Assembly (NCBI GenBank): GCA_011109175.1
Contig: RDEW01000013.1
Coordinates: 413,476-477,475 of the forward strand
Direction: 5' to 3'
Length of the DNA: 64,000 nt
Source: Dicyema japonicum
Lineage: Eukaryota > Animalia > Dicyemida
Shown: positions 14,276 through 26,472 of the stretch, piece after piece
Layout of the letters: each line of letters starts with the position of its first letter
Numbering within the stretch: the stretch's first letter is position 1
Notes under the pieces: generated by a model
Seen by the model: the letters and a program-made list of their open reading frames with translations, nothing else
What the model was told of the DNA's origin: nothing
Database searches by the model: none
Program-made: the position numbers and the translations under genes

Positions 14276-14654
14276 AAGTTTTTTTGATAATAAAATACAT
14301 TTTCAATTAGTTTTAGAAATGGTAAATATATCAGCTACCATTTGTGAAAATGATTAGATGGTTTTCTACTAAAATTATTTTCAATCCAAACAATTTTATA
14401 TTCTTATGTCCGATTAATCATAATAATCCAATAATTTGTTGAATAACTATAATGTAATACAAATAATTGTACCTGTAATACAAGGTTAATTATCTAACAC
14501 ATGTCACAACATAATAATTTGGCATATGTTAGAATAATCTAAAAACAAACAAGCTGACTTCAAAACATTATAAAAATCCAAAAATATAATAATAAAATGT
14601 TTAATATTATTGGTAAACTTTATAAATTCAAGTAATTAAATAAAATATTTCAGG

Positions 14655-15487
14655 GGATGAAATTTGTTATAATGATAAGTGTTATACTCTTGTTACAGAA
14701 AAACTGAATTATTTAGATGCTGAGAACTATTGTAGGATATTGGGGTGCATTGGCTGTCATCTATAATGGAGCATTAAATAAATTTTTAATTGGTAATTTT
14801 CGTTATTTATTGAGACAATTTCTTCCGTCCATACAAGGGATACATTTATATTGGAGTAAACGACAGAGTGAAACCAGGACATTATGTTAACAGCCATAAT
14901 CAGAAACAAGTACAACATTTTAATATAATGTAGAAATATTTCTACTGGGGAGTGGTCAACCTAGTCGCAATAGTGGGAATGAGCATTGTGTTCACTTTTA
15001 TCATACTGGTGGAGAGTGGAACGACAATGATTGCTCTACAAAAATGGCATTTTTATGTGAAACACCAAGTTTTATGTTTATTTCATCTTAAAGGGAATGA
15101 GCATTGCTCGAAGGAATATAAAAAGTGCTACAAATTTTTCAAACAACGGAGAGTGATTACTACGATGCTGAAGATTTTTGTCTAAAGTATGGTGGAGATT
15201 GGCTACAATCAACTCAGAAAAGGAAAATAAATTCATAGGTGATTTTTCAGGAGTTAAACATTTTTATATTGGCGCCAATAATTGATTTATTCAGGAAAAT
15301 TATTATACAATTCAAATAATGAACTTCAAGTAAATTTTAAATTTAATAGAATTATAAAAATTATGACAGTGACTACAAATTTGATAGTTCGAAAAATTGT
15401 GCAGTTTTTAACGAAAATCAAAAATGGAATATGGTGTCATGCAACGATTTTCATCCATTTTTATGCGAAAAGAAATGTTTTTTCATA
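14655..15487 (+). CDS. Protein with two tandem C-type lectin domains (5' end uncertain; frameshifts or micro-introns)
   Basis: Hand translation: CYNDKCYTLVTEKLNYLDAENYC, YIGVND, WGSGQP..EHCV, WNDNDCSTKMAFLCE; second domain KCYKFF..AEDFCLKYGGDLATINSEKEN, SCNDFHPFLCEK. Confidence 0.75.
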
Positions 15488-16899
15488 AATTATTGTAGTG
15501 CCTACACTCGTGTGCAAGATCGATAAATACGCAGAATTTAAATTTTAACAATTAAATTACTGGCAAATCACGTACTACCATAATGTTGTTGTTTGATTAT
15601 AATAAATATTAATTATTTTACGATTTAAAATAAATAAAATTCAATGCCCTTACCCTCCTGCCTCATCAGCGGCCACTCTTGTCCTCTCTATCTCTTTGAC
15701 TAATCTCTGGAGTGTTTACTATTGGCTTTTATGTTTCCGTTACATGCCAGTTTTGTTCATTTGAATGTACGGGGATAAATTGTTCGATTTGGGATAATTT
15801 TGTTCCTTAACATTGTACTCATGTCGTCTTTATAGTAATCCTTTTTTTTAGGTTTTAGATCATTTTCTTGAACCATTAATGATTTTATGGATATTTTAAA
15901 TAAGACCAGAAATTTATTTATTTTTGATTTACTCCCGGTCTCTTTGAGTGAAAGAAACCAGTACTAACAAGAACGTCACAGTCAAAAGCTGACGTTCCCG
16001 AAGATCCGACCGGTGTATTTTGTTCCGTACAGAACTGAGAGAAGACATATAATCAACATTATTTGATTAATTTTTAACTGAAATATTTTAAACTTCACCA
16101 TTACTATACACCCCCTCCCAAGTCCAAACACAGAATAATTTTGATGATATCAACAGGAACCATTAACGAACTCGTTTATGTAAAATCAATCCCTTACGTA
16201 AAATCCTATCAGTTATTGATGTTTATATATTTTATACTTGTTAAGCATTTATGGTCATGATTACGACTTTTAGTATTATTTTTTGGATTTTCGTATTAAC
16301 ACAAGTCATCTTAAGTCTATTTCCTATTACAACCACTTAACTGATTTGAATTTTAATTTTGTAAAATCACAATTTGATTATAGAATTCAATTAAATTACA
16401 GTGTCTAATAAATGTTACAAGTCAATTCTAGTTTCATAAAATTATTTATTATTTTTATACTTTTTTGATAAAAGTCTATTTTATGCCATCAAATGCTCAA
16501 CTTTGATATTTATTAAATTAAATTGAGAAAGCATTCCCTCTAGCGAATCAACCATCTTCTATCCTTTTTGCTGTCAAAGATCCAATAGGACGTAGGAAGG
16601 AAAGTTATTTGGGCTTTATGATCCCCGGAAATGTCATTATAAAATCGTGTCTCGGATCTCACTGAGGTCAATCCTGTCTGAGTTGCAGCAATCTTGAGGT
16701 TTAATAAAGACAAGCAAACAGAAACAACCGGCGTTCCAGATAAGGTATTTTCCATAGAGTCGTACTGTCAAGCTTTTTGTTCATGTTGTCTATTACAGGG
16801 TACCCAGCGCCCTCGAGCCTACAGCAATTACTTAAATCATCGTACCTTGTACTCCTTTTATTAAATTAAGAGTTTCGCTTTTTGTTAACAATTTGTTAA

Positions 16900-17030
16900 T
16901 AATCCACTTGTTTCACAGGAGAAAAATTCAGATTGTTACTTGGAATATCGACAACGAAGGAACCTCAATATGATGGAGAACATGTGGTGCATTCTCAAAG
17001 CCAAAATTGACAAGTCATAATAACTTTGTG
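16900..17030 (+). mobile_element. Tc1/mariner transposase remnant
   Basis: NLNMMENMWCILKAKID resembles the Tc1 DLNPIENLW motif. Confidence 0.45.
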
Positions 17031-17249
17031 ATACTGTTTTATACTAATGAGAACATCTTTTCTTTATACTTAGAGCCAAATCTCGAGCCTTTATTTGCAA
17101 TTGAATATGTATAGGGCGGAAATTGACCTATTCAAAGATAAAATTGTCCTAAAATAGGACATAATTATTTTGATTATTTTTTTAATTTTGTTAGTATTTT
17201 TCATTTCTTTTTAAAGTACACGCTATAAATTGTTTTTTGTGTACTATCT

Positions 17250-17520
17250 GTTTTCATTGACAGGTTTGTACTTTCTCAATTATTAAAAATATTAGAACTC
17301 AGGAAAAGATAAAGAACGAATTTCTAAAAGCAATTTCTAAAAACTAATACAAATTTACAATAACACCTAAAGGAGATTTACTTTGCAGTAAAGTCATCTA
17401 ACAATACTACACAGATTTACATCTTAATGGGAAAAGACATCAGACAGAATGCTAAAAGTATAGAGATCACTCAACTTTTTCTTACTTATAACTAAGAAAA
17501 CTGGATATCTTTTTTGCTTA
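17250..17520 (+). mobile_element. Possible CGGBP1-like/hAT-related transposase zinc-finger remnant
   Basis: KGDLLCSK..DLHLNGKRHQ resembles a C2H2/U1-type finger of CGGBP1-like transposases; broken frame. Confidence 0.28.
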
Positions 17521-17736
17521 AAGTATTTTAAATGCCGATATTTCACTTCACAAATCAGGAAATAGTTATATAAAAAGCTATTTGTTAAATTATCATTTCC
17601 CTTCAATTGCAACACTTCGAAAAACTACAAATAAACTTCATATTATTGAACTACATAAATTTTTTAGACAAACAATTCTATTTAATTTTTTTATAAATTC
17701 AAAAAATTTATTTATAAGCAAAAAAAGGACAAAACA

Positions 17737-18060
17737 TTAGTTAGCTGCCGCCCTCACTGCGTGGCTGTTCCCTCGCAGAAATGCAAGCGAAATTCGCTCT
17801 AACAGCCAGCGGCGTTTGCGGAGATCTCCAGTCATGAACTGATCCGGTTTCCAAGACGTCCGAAAAACTCTAGTGTAGAGGGGAAGTAGGATCCGGAAGA
17901 CTCCATAGCAAGAGGAACAAATTAGACATTTTCGGGAAGGTCGCAGTATTTTTCGAGTTTGGCCTTCTCCGGCTTGACGGCTACAGAGCAGGCCCTTGAA
18001 GCGCATTCGTGAAGATTGTTCGAGGCGACCGTGTCTGTACATGTCACGTCTCAAACAAGT
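17737..18060 (-). mobile_element. 3' RLE-end fragment of CRE-clade retrotransposon
   Basis: RRWLLERISLAFLRGNSHAVRAAA matches the C-terminus of the other CRE copies (RQRIGIAVIRGNAYSV). Confidence 0.8.
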
Positions 18061-18499
18061 GGTTTCCCGGCCTCAAAAGGAATTATTTAATTAATTATGA
18101 AAGTAAGATTAACTGGAAAATAATATAAAAATGTAATTGTCGAGACATTTCGTAATTCAGAAACTTTATACATTGTGAAATCACTCAGTATATTCGAATG
18201 TTACAATTCAAACAATTAGAGATGTTTTTGATAAATTCTTATTAAAAATTTAATATTATTCAATTATATGGGATCCTTATATGGTGAAGGCTGGATGAAA
18301 AATGAAAATAATATTATTTCATATTACTTGTTTTATAAAAATTATGACCATTTGCTACAAAATCGTACAATGAACATAATTTCAAAATATCCCGCAGTTA
18401 ACGACTTTATTGAAAAAAATGAAAATTTCCCCTTCGAACTCAATAAACCGAAGAACTATGTTTGATAAGTTTAAATTACTTCCAGATGTAATTAACAAG

Positions 18500-21440
18500 A
18501 TTGGAGAGTTTCCTAGAAGCGGCATTTTGTTATTCCGAATATCTTGTTACAATACATGTTATGTTATCAATTAAGTCGTGTCTGACCCTTGGAGATGTCA
18601 TGAGCCAATTTTCTCCACTCTCTCCGATCCGTCGCAATTTGGAGTAGCCTTGATATAAGCATTCCCGTGACGTCTTCGACCGTGGATTGATTGCATTAAC
18701 CAGTCTGTATTTGGTCCTTAAGCAAATATCTTTGCTTTTCCAAATTCTATTCATTCTCTGAAAGGTGTATCGTCCCATGGTAATTCGCCTCTTGATTTCC
18801 AAGCCTCCGTCACCATTCCGATTAATTAGACATCTCAGAAAGACAACATTATCGCAACTCTCTATTTTCTCATTCTCAATTTTTAGTTCCACTATTCCAT
18901 TATTAGCAGTAGTCATAATTTTGATCTTCTTGATATTTAGCAATAAACCAAAGACGGCGCTCTCTTCTCTGAATCTTAGAATCAACTCCCTAAGGCCATC
19001 CTCTGTTTCAGTCAGTAAGGTTGTATCGTCAGCATAGCGCAATTATTGATGTCCTGCCTCCAATTTTAATCCCTTTGATACAGTATCAATTTAGCATTGA
19101 ATAGATGGAGATAATAAGATCATTTAGGCATAAATATTAAATAGAAGATAATAAGCATCCTTCATACTCCTTTACAAATTTTGAACCAATCGGTATCTCC
19201 ATACACAGTTCTAACAGTAGCTTCTTGATCCTTATAAAGAGATTTGATAAGCAATATCAGATGGGCATCGAATCCAAATTCTTTTAAAACAGACCACAGC
19301 TTGTCATGTATAACGGAATCAAAAGCTTTCGATAGTCAATAAAGCACATGTATGCACTCTTATGTGATTCATGGGCTTTCTCCATAATCGACCGGACATT
19401 TGCTATATGGTCACGTGTGCGTCGTCCCTTCCTGAATCCTGGTTGGATATCTGGTAGAATCATTTCGGCATTTGCCATTAGACGATGTTGTACAGTGCGA
19501 CCCCAAATTGAGGAATTATTTCCCCAGTTTGAGGTTTTCCCTAAAAAAGATGGGTTTCTTTAAATTTGGGTCTTCCTGTTCGATATCCTACCTTAATAAT
19601 ATAACCAAGACGGATAATTACAATTTTATTTTTTAATAAAAAATCTGTTAATTTTAATCGAGGTTTTGTTTTTTCACATCGAACTCATAATATTTGCTTT
19701 GAATCTGTATAGATCAAGGACATTTTCCGGAGTCTCTTGCTTAATAACATTTAGCAGCATTGTGAATGCGCATTTCGCATTGTTCATAACTTGTTGATCA
19801 TCCAAATGTTCCAGAAAGTGTTCGCTGCAGTCCTCTTCATCACTACTATGATCATCCAGAAGCTATCTAAAATCGCATTTTCCACAATATCCGAATCAAT
19901 CAGACTTTCTGCAGTGTCCTCTTTTTCCCGACAGTCATATTACAAAGCCTTTTCAAAGCAATATCGTATTGAAGTTTCTGTAATCTCTGCCCATGCCAAT
20001 TTCGAACATGAAATAGCATCCAATATTGTGATTCCCTTTATTGCTTCATCTATTTGAGCTACAGGATTTTTATCATAGATAATCGTTTTCATCATCCAAT
20101 TATTGGAATGATTCTTAAATGTCTGTATTATCCCTTGCTCACATGGCTGAATTAAGGAAGTTGTGTTTTTTGGAAAAAATATTACGTCGACGTTTGAATA
20201 TTGGGCAGAAACAGCATGACAAGTTGCATTGTCAATGCCGATTACTTTCAGATTCACACCTTTTAATACTCTTGGTGACTTGCACGCCCAATTATAAGCG
20301 GTTTATATTTTCTCCTGTGTAACTTCAACACAAATAAGTGTCATACGTTCTTTTCTTATTTTATGTCCGCTGTGCGACTTCTTTCAACAAAACTCTTTTT
20401 TGAAGCGGCTTTATAAAATAATGTAGTTTCATCACAATTGAAAATGTTTTCTTCAATTGAAAGTCGATCGGAAGTTTTCCGCACCTCCTTTATCAGCTGA
20501 TTGTGATTCGCCATGTAATATTCTGAATTTTATTTTGAATTGCTTCTTAAATCGGTAAAGCCATCCATTGGAAGCAGTGAAATCTTGATTTGAATTTCTA
20601 TATGCAATTTTACGTGCAATTAGGTTGGCCCATTGATTAGGAAACCTTTTGACCTGACATTACAAAAAATCTCGTAAACTTGAGCATTCAATTCGTATCC
20701 AATTGTCCCTTCGGATGTTGAGAAGCCTTGAGCTAGGATTCCTTTTCTTTTTTAGCGGTATGGCATTCCTTTAGAGATGTTAAATCTTTCACAAATCTAT
20801 TTATCGTTATAGAGACCTGACTGTATATCCTTGCAAATTCTGATCTTTTCACTTTGATTTAGTTTTCTAGGCATTCGCTTTCTAAAATTTATATAATAAC
20901 TTTAAAAATTGATAACTACAATTCCTTACCAGATTAATTAGTTGACTAACTAACTTAGCAGGTTAAATAAATTTCAAAATTATTGATAATAAATTTGGTA
21001 AAACAGATCAGAATAAATAAATAATAATAAATCAAAAATTATATAAATACGTAGTTTTTTGTTTGCTATTAATTAATGAATCGTTTATGATAATATAAAA
21101 ATTTTCCCCAGTAGAAGTCTTTAAAAATCATCGTATTGTATATGGATGGCGAAAATATTTCCTCAAAAGCAAGGTTTTCCTAAAAAAGAGGGTTTCCCCG
21201 CTACTTGGTTTTCCCCAATTCTGGTCGCACTGTATTATCTTTAGAAGTATTTTGCTGACGTGGGGAATTAAGGCTATTGTACGATAGTTTGAACAGTCCT
21301 TGCTATCCCCTTTTTTCGGTATTGGAATAAATATAGATTTTTCCACTCACGTGGCCAAATACCAGTTTCCCAAATTTTTGACATAGACTGGTGATAGCTT
21401 TCACCGGTATAGCCTTCAACAATTCGCTTGAGATGTTGTC
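18500..21440 (-). mobile_element. RTE-clade LINE RT region, split by a Tigger insertion
   Basis: FIPIPKKGDSKDCSNYRTIAL..ILLKII | QHRL..QPGFRKGRRTRDHIANVR, DYRKAFD, RYADD. The frame is restored across the TA at 19491/21233. Confidence 0.9.
19493..21232 (-). mobile_element. Tigger/pogo (CENP-B-like DDE) DNA transposon, decayed
   Basis: TIRs CAGTGCGACC at both ends with TA TSD; IDNATCH..FFPKNTTSLIQPCEQGIIQTFK, ITILDAI..AW, FTASNGWLYRFK. Confidence 0.92.
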
Positions 21441-21904
21441 ACAATTTTGAAGACAACATTTGAAGACAATACATAGTAAACAATTTTGAAGACGATGAGA
21501 TTATTGTTGCGAATGTGAAGAAATCATTAATGAATGCAAATTTGTTTCATAACTCTTTGTAATTACGAAATATCAATGGCTAAAATCTAATTTGGAAAAA
21601 TTGCAAAACTCACGGTATTCAATCGAAGAAAGTTATGCAGATTTTGAAAAGATCAGTTTTATTTCTTTAAAGGGGGGTATTAAAAATTATGATATCTAAA
21701 AGTTAGTGAGGCTAGGGTTACTTAACTAACTAAGTTATAATTTCTCTAACAATGGATAGTTTTTGTAAATTTTTATATAAATTGTCCTAAAATGATTTCT
21801 TAGATTGGTTATTTTTGAAAATAATTTAAAGATCAGATTTAGAATTTGTGATATTTTGTTTACTGTTAAACGCGAAAAATAAAAAAATAATAAAATTGTC
21901 ATTT

Positions 21905-22330
21905 TATTAAGATGCCGTACACCTCTCCATGCTCGAACCAGTCGGTATTTGCAGGCGTGACGGGAAACGTCAGATGGGATGACCATCTCCCTTTTGAAGT
22001 CGAGAAACCTCTTGCCTGGGACGTCACTTGCACAGACACGTTTGCTTTTTTCAACCTACTCCAGAGTGACTTTGGGGCCTGTTCTGCGGCTGAGAAGGCG
22101 GATAGGTTGAAACTGGCAAAGTACACGGTCCTACCCAATGATTTTTGTTCGTTCCAATCGCCGTTGAGACACCTGGTTCCCTTGCGCTTGCGATGCTGGA
22201 ATTCTTGAGTCGTCCCCGTGAGCGCTGCTGGTTATTTTAGCGAATCTCGCTCGCCATCCTGAGAAGGAATAGCCACGCAGTCAGGCCGCTATATGACCAT
22301 TTGCTCACTTTTTTTCCTTAATAAATTATT
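21905..22330 (+). mobile_element. 3' fragment of CRE retrotransposon, same subfamily as copy B
   Basis: KPLAWDVTCTDTFA, AEKADRLKLAKY. 3' end gagaaggaatagccacgcagtcagg..gaccattt is nearly identical to the rc of 11630-11680. Confidence 0.85.
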
Positions 22331-23174
22331 TATTAAAAAAGATGTCCTAATTTTTTTAACCAAAGGGGACTTTAATGTGGCCAAAAAGTAACAGTTAACA
22401 ATTGCTGGCTACTCTGTCCTTATTTTTTATTGAAAAAAATTAATAAAATTCTAAAAATGTCCTAATTGTACTATTTTGTTTTTAGCTTTCGATTAGCTTT
22501 TGAAAAGCTAAATTCTAAAAAATATTGACGAATTAATAATTCCGACGAGCATGATTTACACACTACTTGCAGTTCACATCCTGAACAACATGGCTCTCCC
22601 AAAACATTTCTATCACAACATGACTCTCGATGCATACTAAACGGTAACTATAAGTCTTCCGGCAGACCACAATTTAGTCCATCCAGAAACTATCAGTGGT
22701 AGAGAAGTTTCGCTTCCGTCAATAACTGGCGGAATACGTCACAAAAGCTTGTTGATACCAATGATGGCTCTAGTTTATATCTAGTCATGGATTATTTTCT
22801 GTCGAGACTGAGCGGCCCAGTCTCTGGGATGGTTCGTTGATCTCCAAGAGTGTTCTGTATGTCCCGGCGTTTTACACTTGTCAATGAATTTAGACTAAAC
22901 ATCGTGAAATAATTTGGAAAAATTTTGATTCCCAGTGTGGTGGTAATTATTCTTAGAGCAGAGTTTCGAATCATTTGTATTTTTTGTCGTTTGTCATTGA
23001 TAAACAGTTCTGATAAATTATCTGTAAATAATGGTCAAACTATCTTTGCAAACGACGTACCTGCCACGGCTCGGAATACTTGGAGCTTCTTCTGAGATTT
23101 TGAAGACAAGTTGGTAGAATGGATGTAGGTAGTAGAGTCTAAAGGTATTTTTCTAAAAATCAATTTTAGGTAGT

Positions 23175-23790
23175 TTTCTGATTATTTGAGCACTTCACGA
23201 GAGCCAGCCCCGCATGTGCAGTAAAAGAAATAATGTTAGATGTCATCATTTTCCATGCTCCCCTGTTCCTAGCCAAGGCTCTCATAGTGTCAAGGTCGTC
23301 GGCAGTTTTTAAATTTCTTTTAATATTGACCAGGTCTTTTTGTAAAACTATTGGCAGTGTTGTTATAGGTCTTCCACTATAGCGGCCTTTTTGACTAACA
23401 TGGTATGTTTCCATAGATATGTTCAGTAGGGATGTTAATTCCATCCTCAGCACGTGTCTGAAGAGCGTCCATCGGGATTCCAGTACTTCTAAACTAATAG
23501 GTCTAGTGTTGCATCTATAATAGGATTCTTATTTTTGTGTTGATACCTCTTTGATTGAGCCATAGATTCTTCAGTTTATATAACGCAGCATTGGCTAGAG
23601 TTTTCCTACGTAAGATATCTTCGCTATCTCCCATAAGTGAACCGAGTTTCTTTACTTGTCGCCACTTCTCTTCTAGGACGTTACTCATCTTTCTTATCTC
23701 TGTGAGTTCTGTTTTCTCTCTGTTCACAGTAAAAAACCATTTCCCTATTACAGTGGTTCCCAACCTTAAGGTGCTCGCGGAACCCTTGCA
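23175..23790 (-). mobile_element. 3' portion of RTE-like LINE
   Basis: VKKLGSLMGDSEDILRRKTLA, GRPITTLPIVLQKDL, ARNRGAWK. Confidence 0.85.
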
Positions 23791-23984
23791 ATTCAATTAA
23801 TACAATTTTCACTTAAAACATAATCGTGATAACCAAAAACAATTTTAATGTGAAAATTGAGGTAACTTTTTATCATATAGTTTTGTAACGTTATGAGTTA
23901 TAAGTAAGACGCAGGGGAAAAAATATAGTGTACTTTTCTGAGATATCAGGATATTTTGAAATGTATTATTTATTATTAATAAGC

Positions 23985-24230
23985 GTTAGTAAAGTTATCT
24001 CGCTTATGCCACCCTCTCCTGGATGCGTTTTGTTAATCGCTTCCAGTTCCTCGATGGGTCACTCAGGTGCTCAAGGTCATCTGCCGACGTCAACACTTTC
24101 CCAATCGAAGTTAGGTCTTGATGTAGAAGGGTTGATGGAGTAATTCGTGGTCTTCCCCGGAAAGTCGATCCCGGATGAGGAGCATAGTAGTGTTCCATCG
24201 CGAGATTAGCGGGAGTATTCCTGTCCATTT
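23985..24230 (-). mobile_element. 3' tip of RTE-like LINE
   Basis: PANLAMEHYY..FRGRPRIT..LHQDL, homologous to 23175-23450 and 37700-37850. Confidence 0.7.
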
Positions 24231-24622
24231 TTAAGATGTGACCAATATCTGTTAATTCTTAGATATTTTGAAATGTATGCTCCCCAAAAATTAAAAAGGG
24301 ATTCATTTTATATATCTGATTTGACGTTAATTCTGATGTTAAAGCAATAAGATATTCATATTCAATTGATGTTAGATTTTCTGGTACTACTTTAACTTTG
24401 AACGGATTTTGAACCCAATCGTCGTCAAATTTATCCGGAAAATATTTTGCAAATTACCAAATGATCTTTGATGTCCTAAAGTACTGTAGGGGAGAAAGGG
24501 AATCTCCTTGTGGAGTGCCCGTGTTTGTTTCAAAATTTCTTGAATAGGTCTTTCCGACTCTCACAAGGAGTTTTTCTAATTTCTTATTTTTTTCTGAATG
24601 ATGTTTTTCTAATTTCTTCAAT

Positions 24623-25382
24623 ATGAAAGTACGTTTTTTGGTAAGTTTACTAAAACAAGATTATTTTTTAATGTTATAATTTATTTAATGATAATTATAA
24701 TTTAAATATATTTAATGTAAGTTCTGTGATGATATCTCACTTAATAAAAATTAAATTTATTCCTCAGAGAAATGATTACGATTGCGGCCTATCCTGCATA
24801 TTAATGATTTTAAAGTAAGCACAAAAGGTTCCTTGAATAGTTATTATAACAAATCAGTTGATAATATTGAGGATTATTATGAAAAATACAAAGAAAGGTT
24901 ATTTTCTATAGTTATTGCAAGAATGTGGGGAATCGAAATTGCATGTGTTTTGAAATCACTGGGAATTTCGGTTAACTTTTATACCACGTGTCCAGGGCTT
25001 AATTCAACTCAAGACTTGGTGAATACGGACAAAGCACGTGTACTATCAATGTTCAATGAAGCCAGACTTCTCGGCATACCCATTTACGTTGAGTAATAAT
25101 TATATGTACTTAAGAAAAATTCCAATATCGGTTATATTATCCCACGTGTGTCGTAATTGTCCAGTAATAAGTCTTATAAACAGAAATGTAATTGATGGTG
25201 GTAATGATAATTCGTATAATGGTCATTTTGTGATTGTTTGTGGATATTGTGACCATAATGTGTTATGTGTTTGCCCTTCTAATGAGGAAAGTGGAATTAC
25301 TTCTATTCCCTTTGATTTATTTGATATTGCACGACAACACTACTTAACTGATCAGGATTTAATTATTACTAACTATAATTAA
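24623..25382 (+). CDS. GUCD1: Guanylyl cyclase domain-containing 1-like (C39-like peptidase fold); start tentative
   Basis: YDCGLSC, MWGIEIA, YNGHFVIVCGY, FDIARQHYLTDQDLI; 26-nt intron gtaagcac..gaatag. Confidence 0.83.
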
Positions 25383-26099
25383 TTATCCATTTGTAAACTT
25401 ACTTTTATCAGTTGGAAATTTGTTCTAAATGGACAGTCCTCAATACAGGTATTCTAGATTGGCAATTCATTAACTAATTTTGATAATATATTTTGTAGTC
25501 TTATGAGTAGGCTGAGGTAAAATTATTTTTGCTGCTCTTTTTAGGGACTGACTGTCATGCGACTCTTTAACAATCAATCGTTGAGACGGTCCACGTTTTG
25601 TACCAATTTTAATGTAGTACCTGGATGTCCCCAAGGCAATCGTCTGGATATGTGAAAATGATATTATTTTCAGCAATAGACTGAATAAAAACCGACAACG
25701 AATAGATTGAATAAAAATGGGGATTTTTGAGTGACATGATTAGGAAGAAATTGGAAATAGAATATAAATATCCAATGCTACACCTTAGGAGGTTAGTTAG
25801 TCAGAGTTTGATCCTTTCATGAATTCTTGTTTGAAACATTTTCCAAGTAAATCTTTTTTGACACAGAGTTGATTGCTTAGTGTGACAAAGGCATATTCTA
25901 AGTCTTTGGGAAATCGAGTAGAGTCTGATCTATATGAAGCCATGCCCTGTATAAAGTTTTTACAAATTTCAAAAGTTTCCACATTTTGGATAAAGTTGTT
26001 GATAATTCAGTGACTTTAATCAGACTACCAAGATTCTCTAAGAAAATCATTGGAATCTTGCAAGTCCATTAGAGTAGGTTGTTTTTATAAGGTTCAGTA

Positions 26100-26335
26100 A
26101 TAATAATAGCCTTTTCACGAAAGCCATAATATTTATAGCTCCGCATAAGCAGGATACACACTTTATTTAAGTAAAGAACAGTTAATTTTAACTAATCGCA
26201 CTGATGACGGCGTCACTCGTCAAACCCTTTTGGCATCGTAGATGCGTGGAACCTTCCACCAGGTGAACAGCAGCGAGAATCGAACCCGTAACATAAGCTA
26301 CTTTAGCCCGACACCTAACCACTATGCCACCCGGC
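26100..26335 (-). mobile_element. tRNA-derived SINE with internal deletion
   Basis: A box TGGCATAGTGG, B box GGTTCGATTC, (TAT)n tail; possible 6-bp TSD tcagta. Confidence 0.9.
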
Positions 26336-26472
26336 TCAGTATATCTCTCATATTATTTTAAGTAAAGTAGAAATAGTTATTTTTGAAATAAAAATAATAA
26401 ATTTATAATTTTATGAAAAAATTAAAGAATAATTTAAATTGATAATAAAATATTTTAATAAAATAGTTACGT

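Noticed and set aside
16530-16790. GC-richer island with a 71-aa ORF
   Set aside because: Probably a TE remnant, but no diagnostic motif was found.
25700-26080. Minus-strand 61-aa ORF
   Set aside because: Short, with no motif or splice support.
26195-26230. Hammerhead ribozyme in the SINE antisense strand (CTGATGA)
   Set aside because: No GAAA core follows a plausible stem II.
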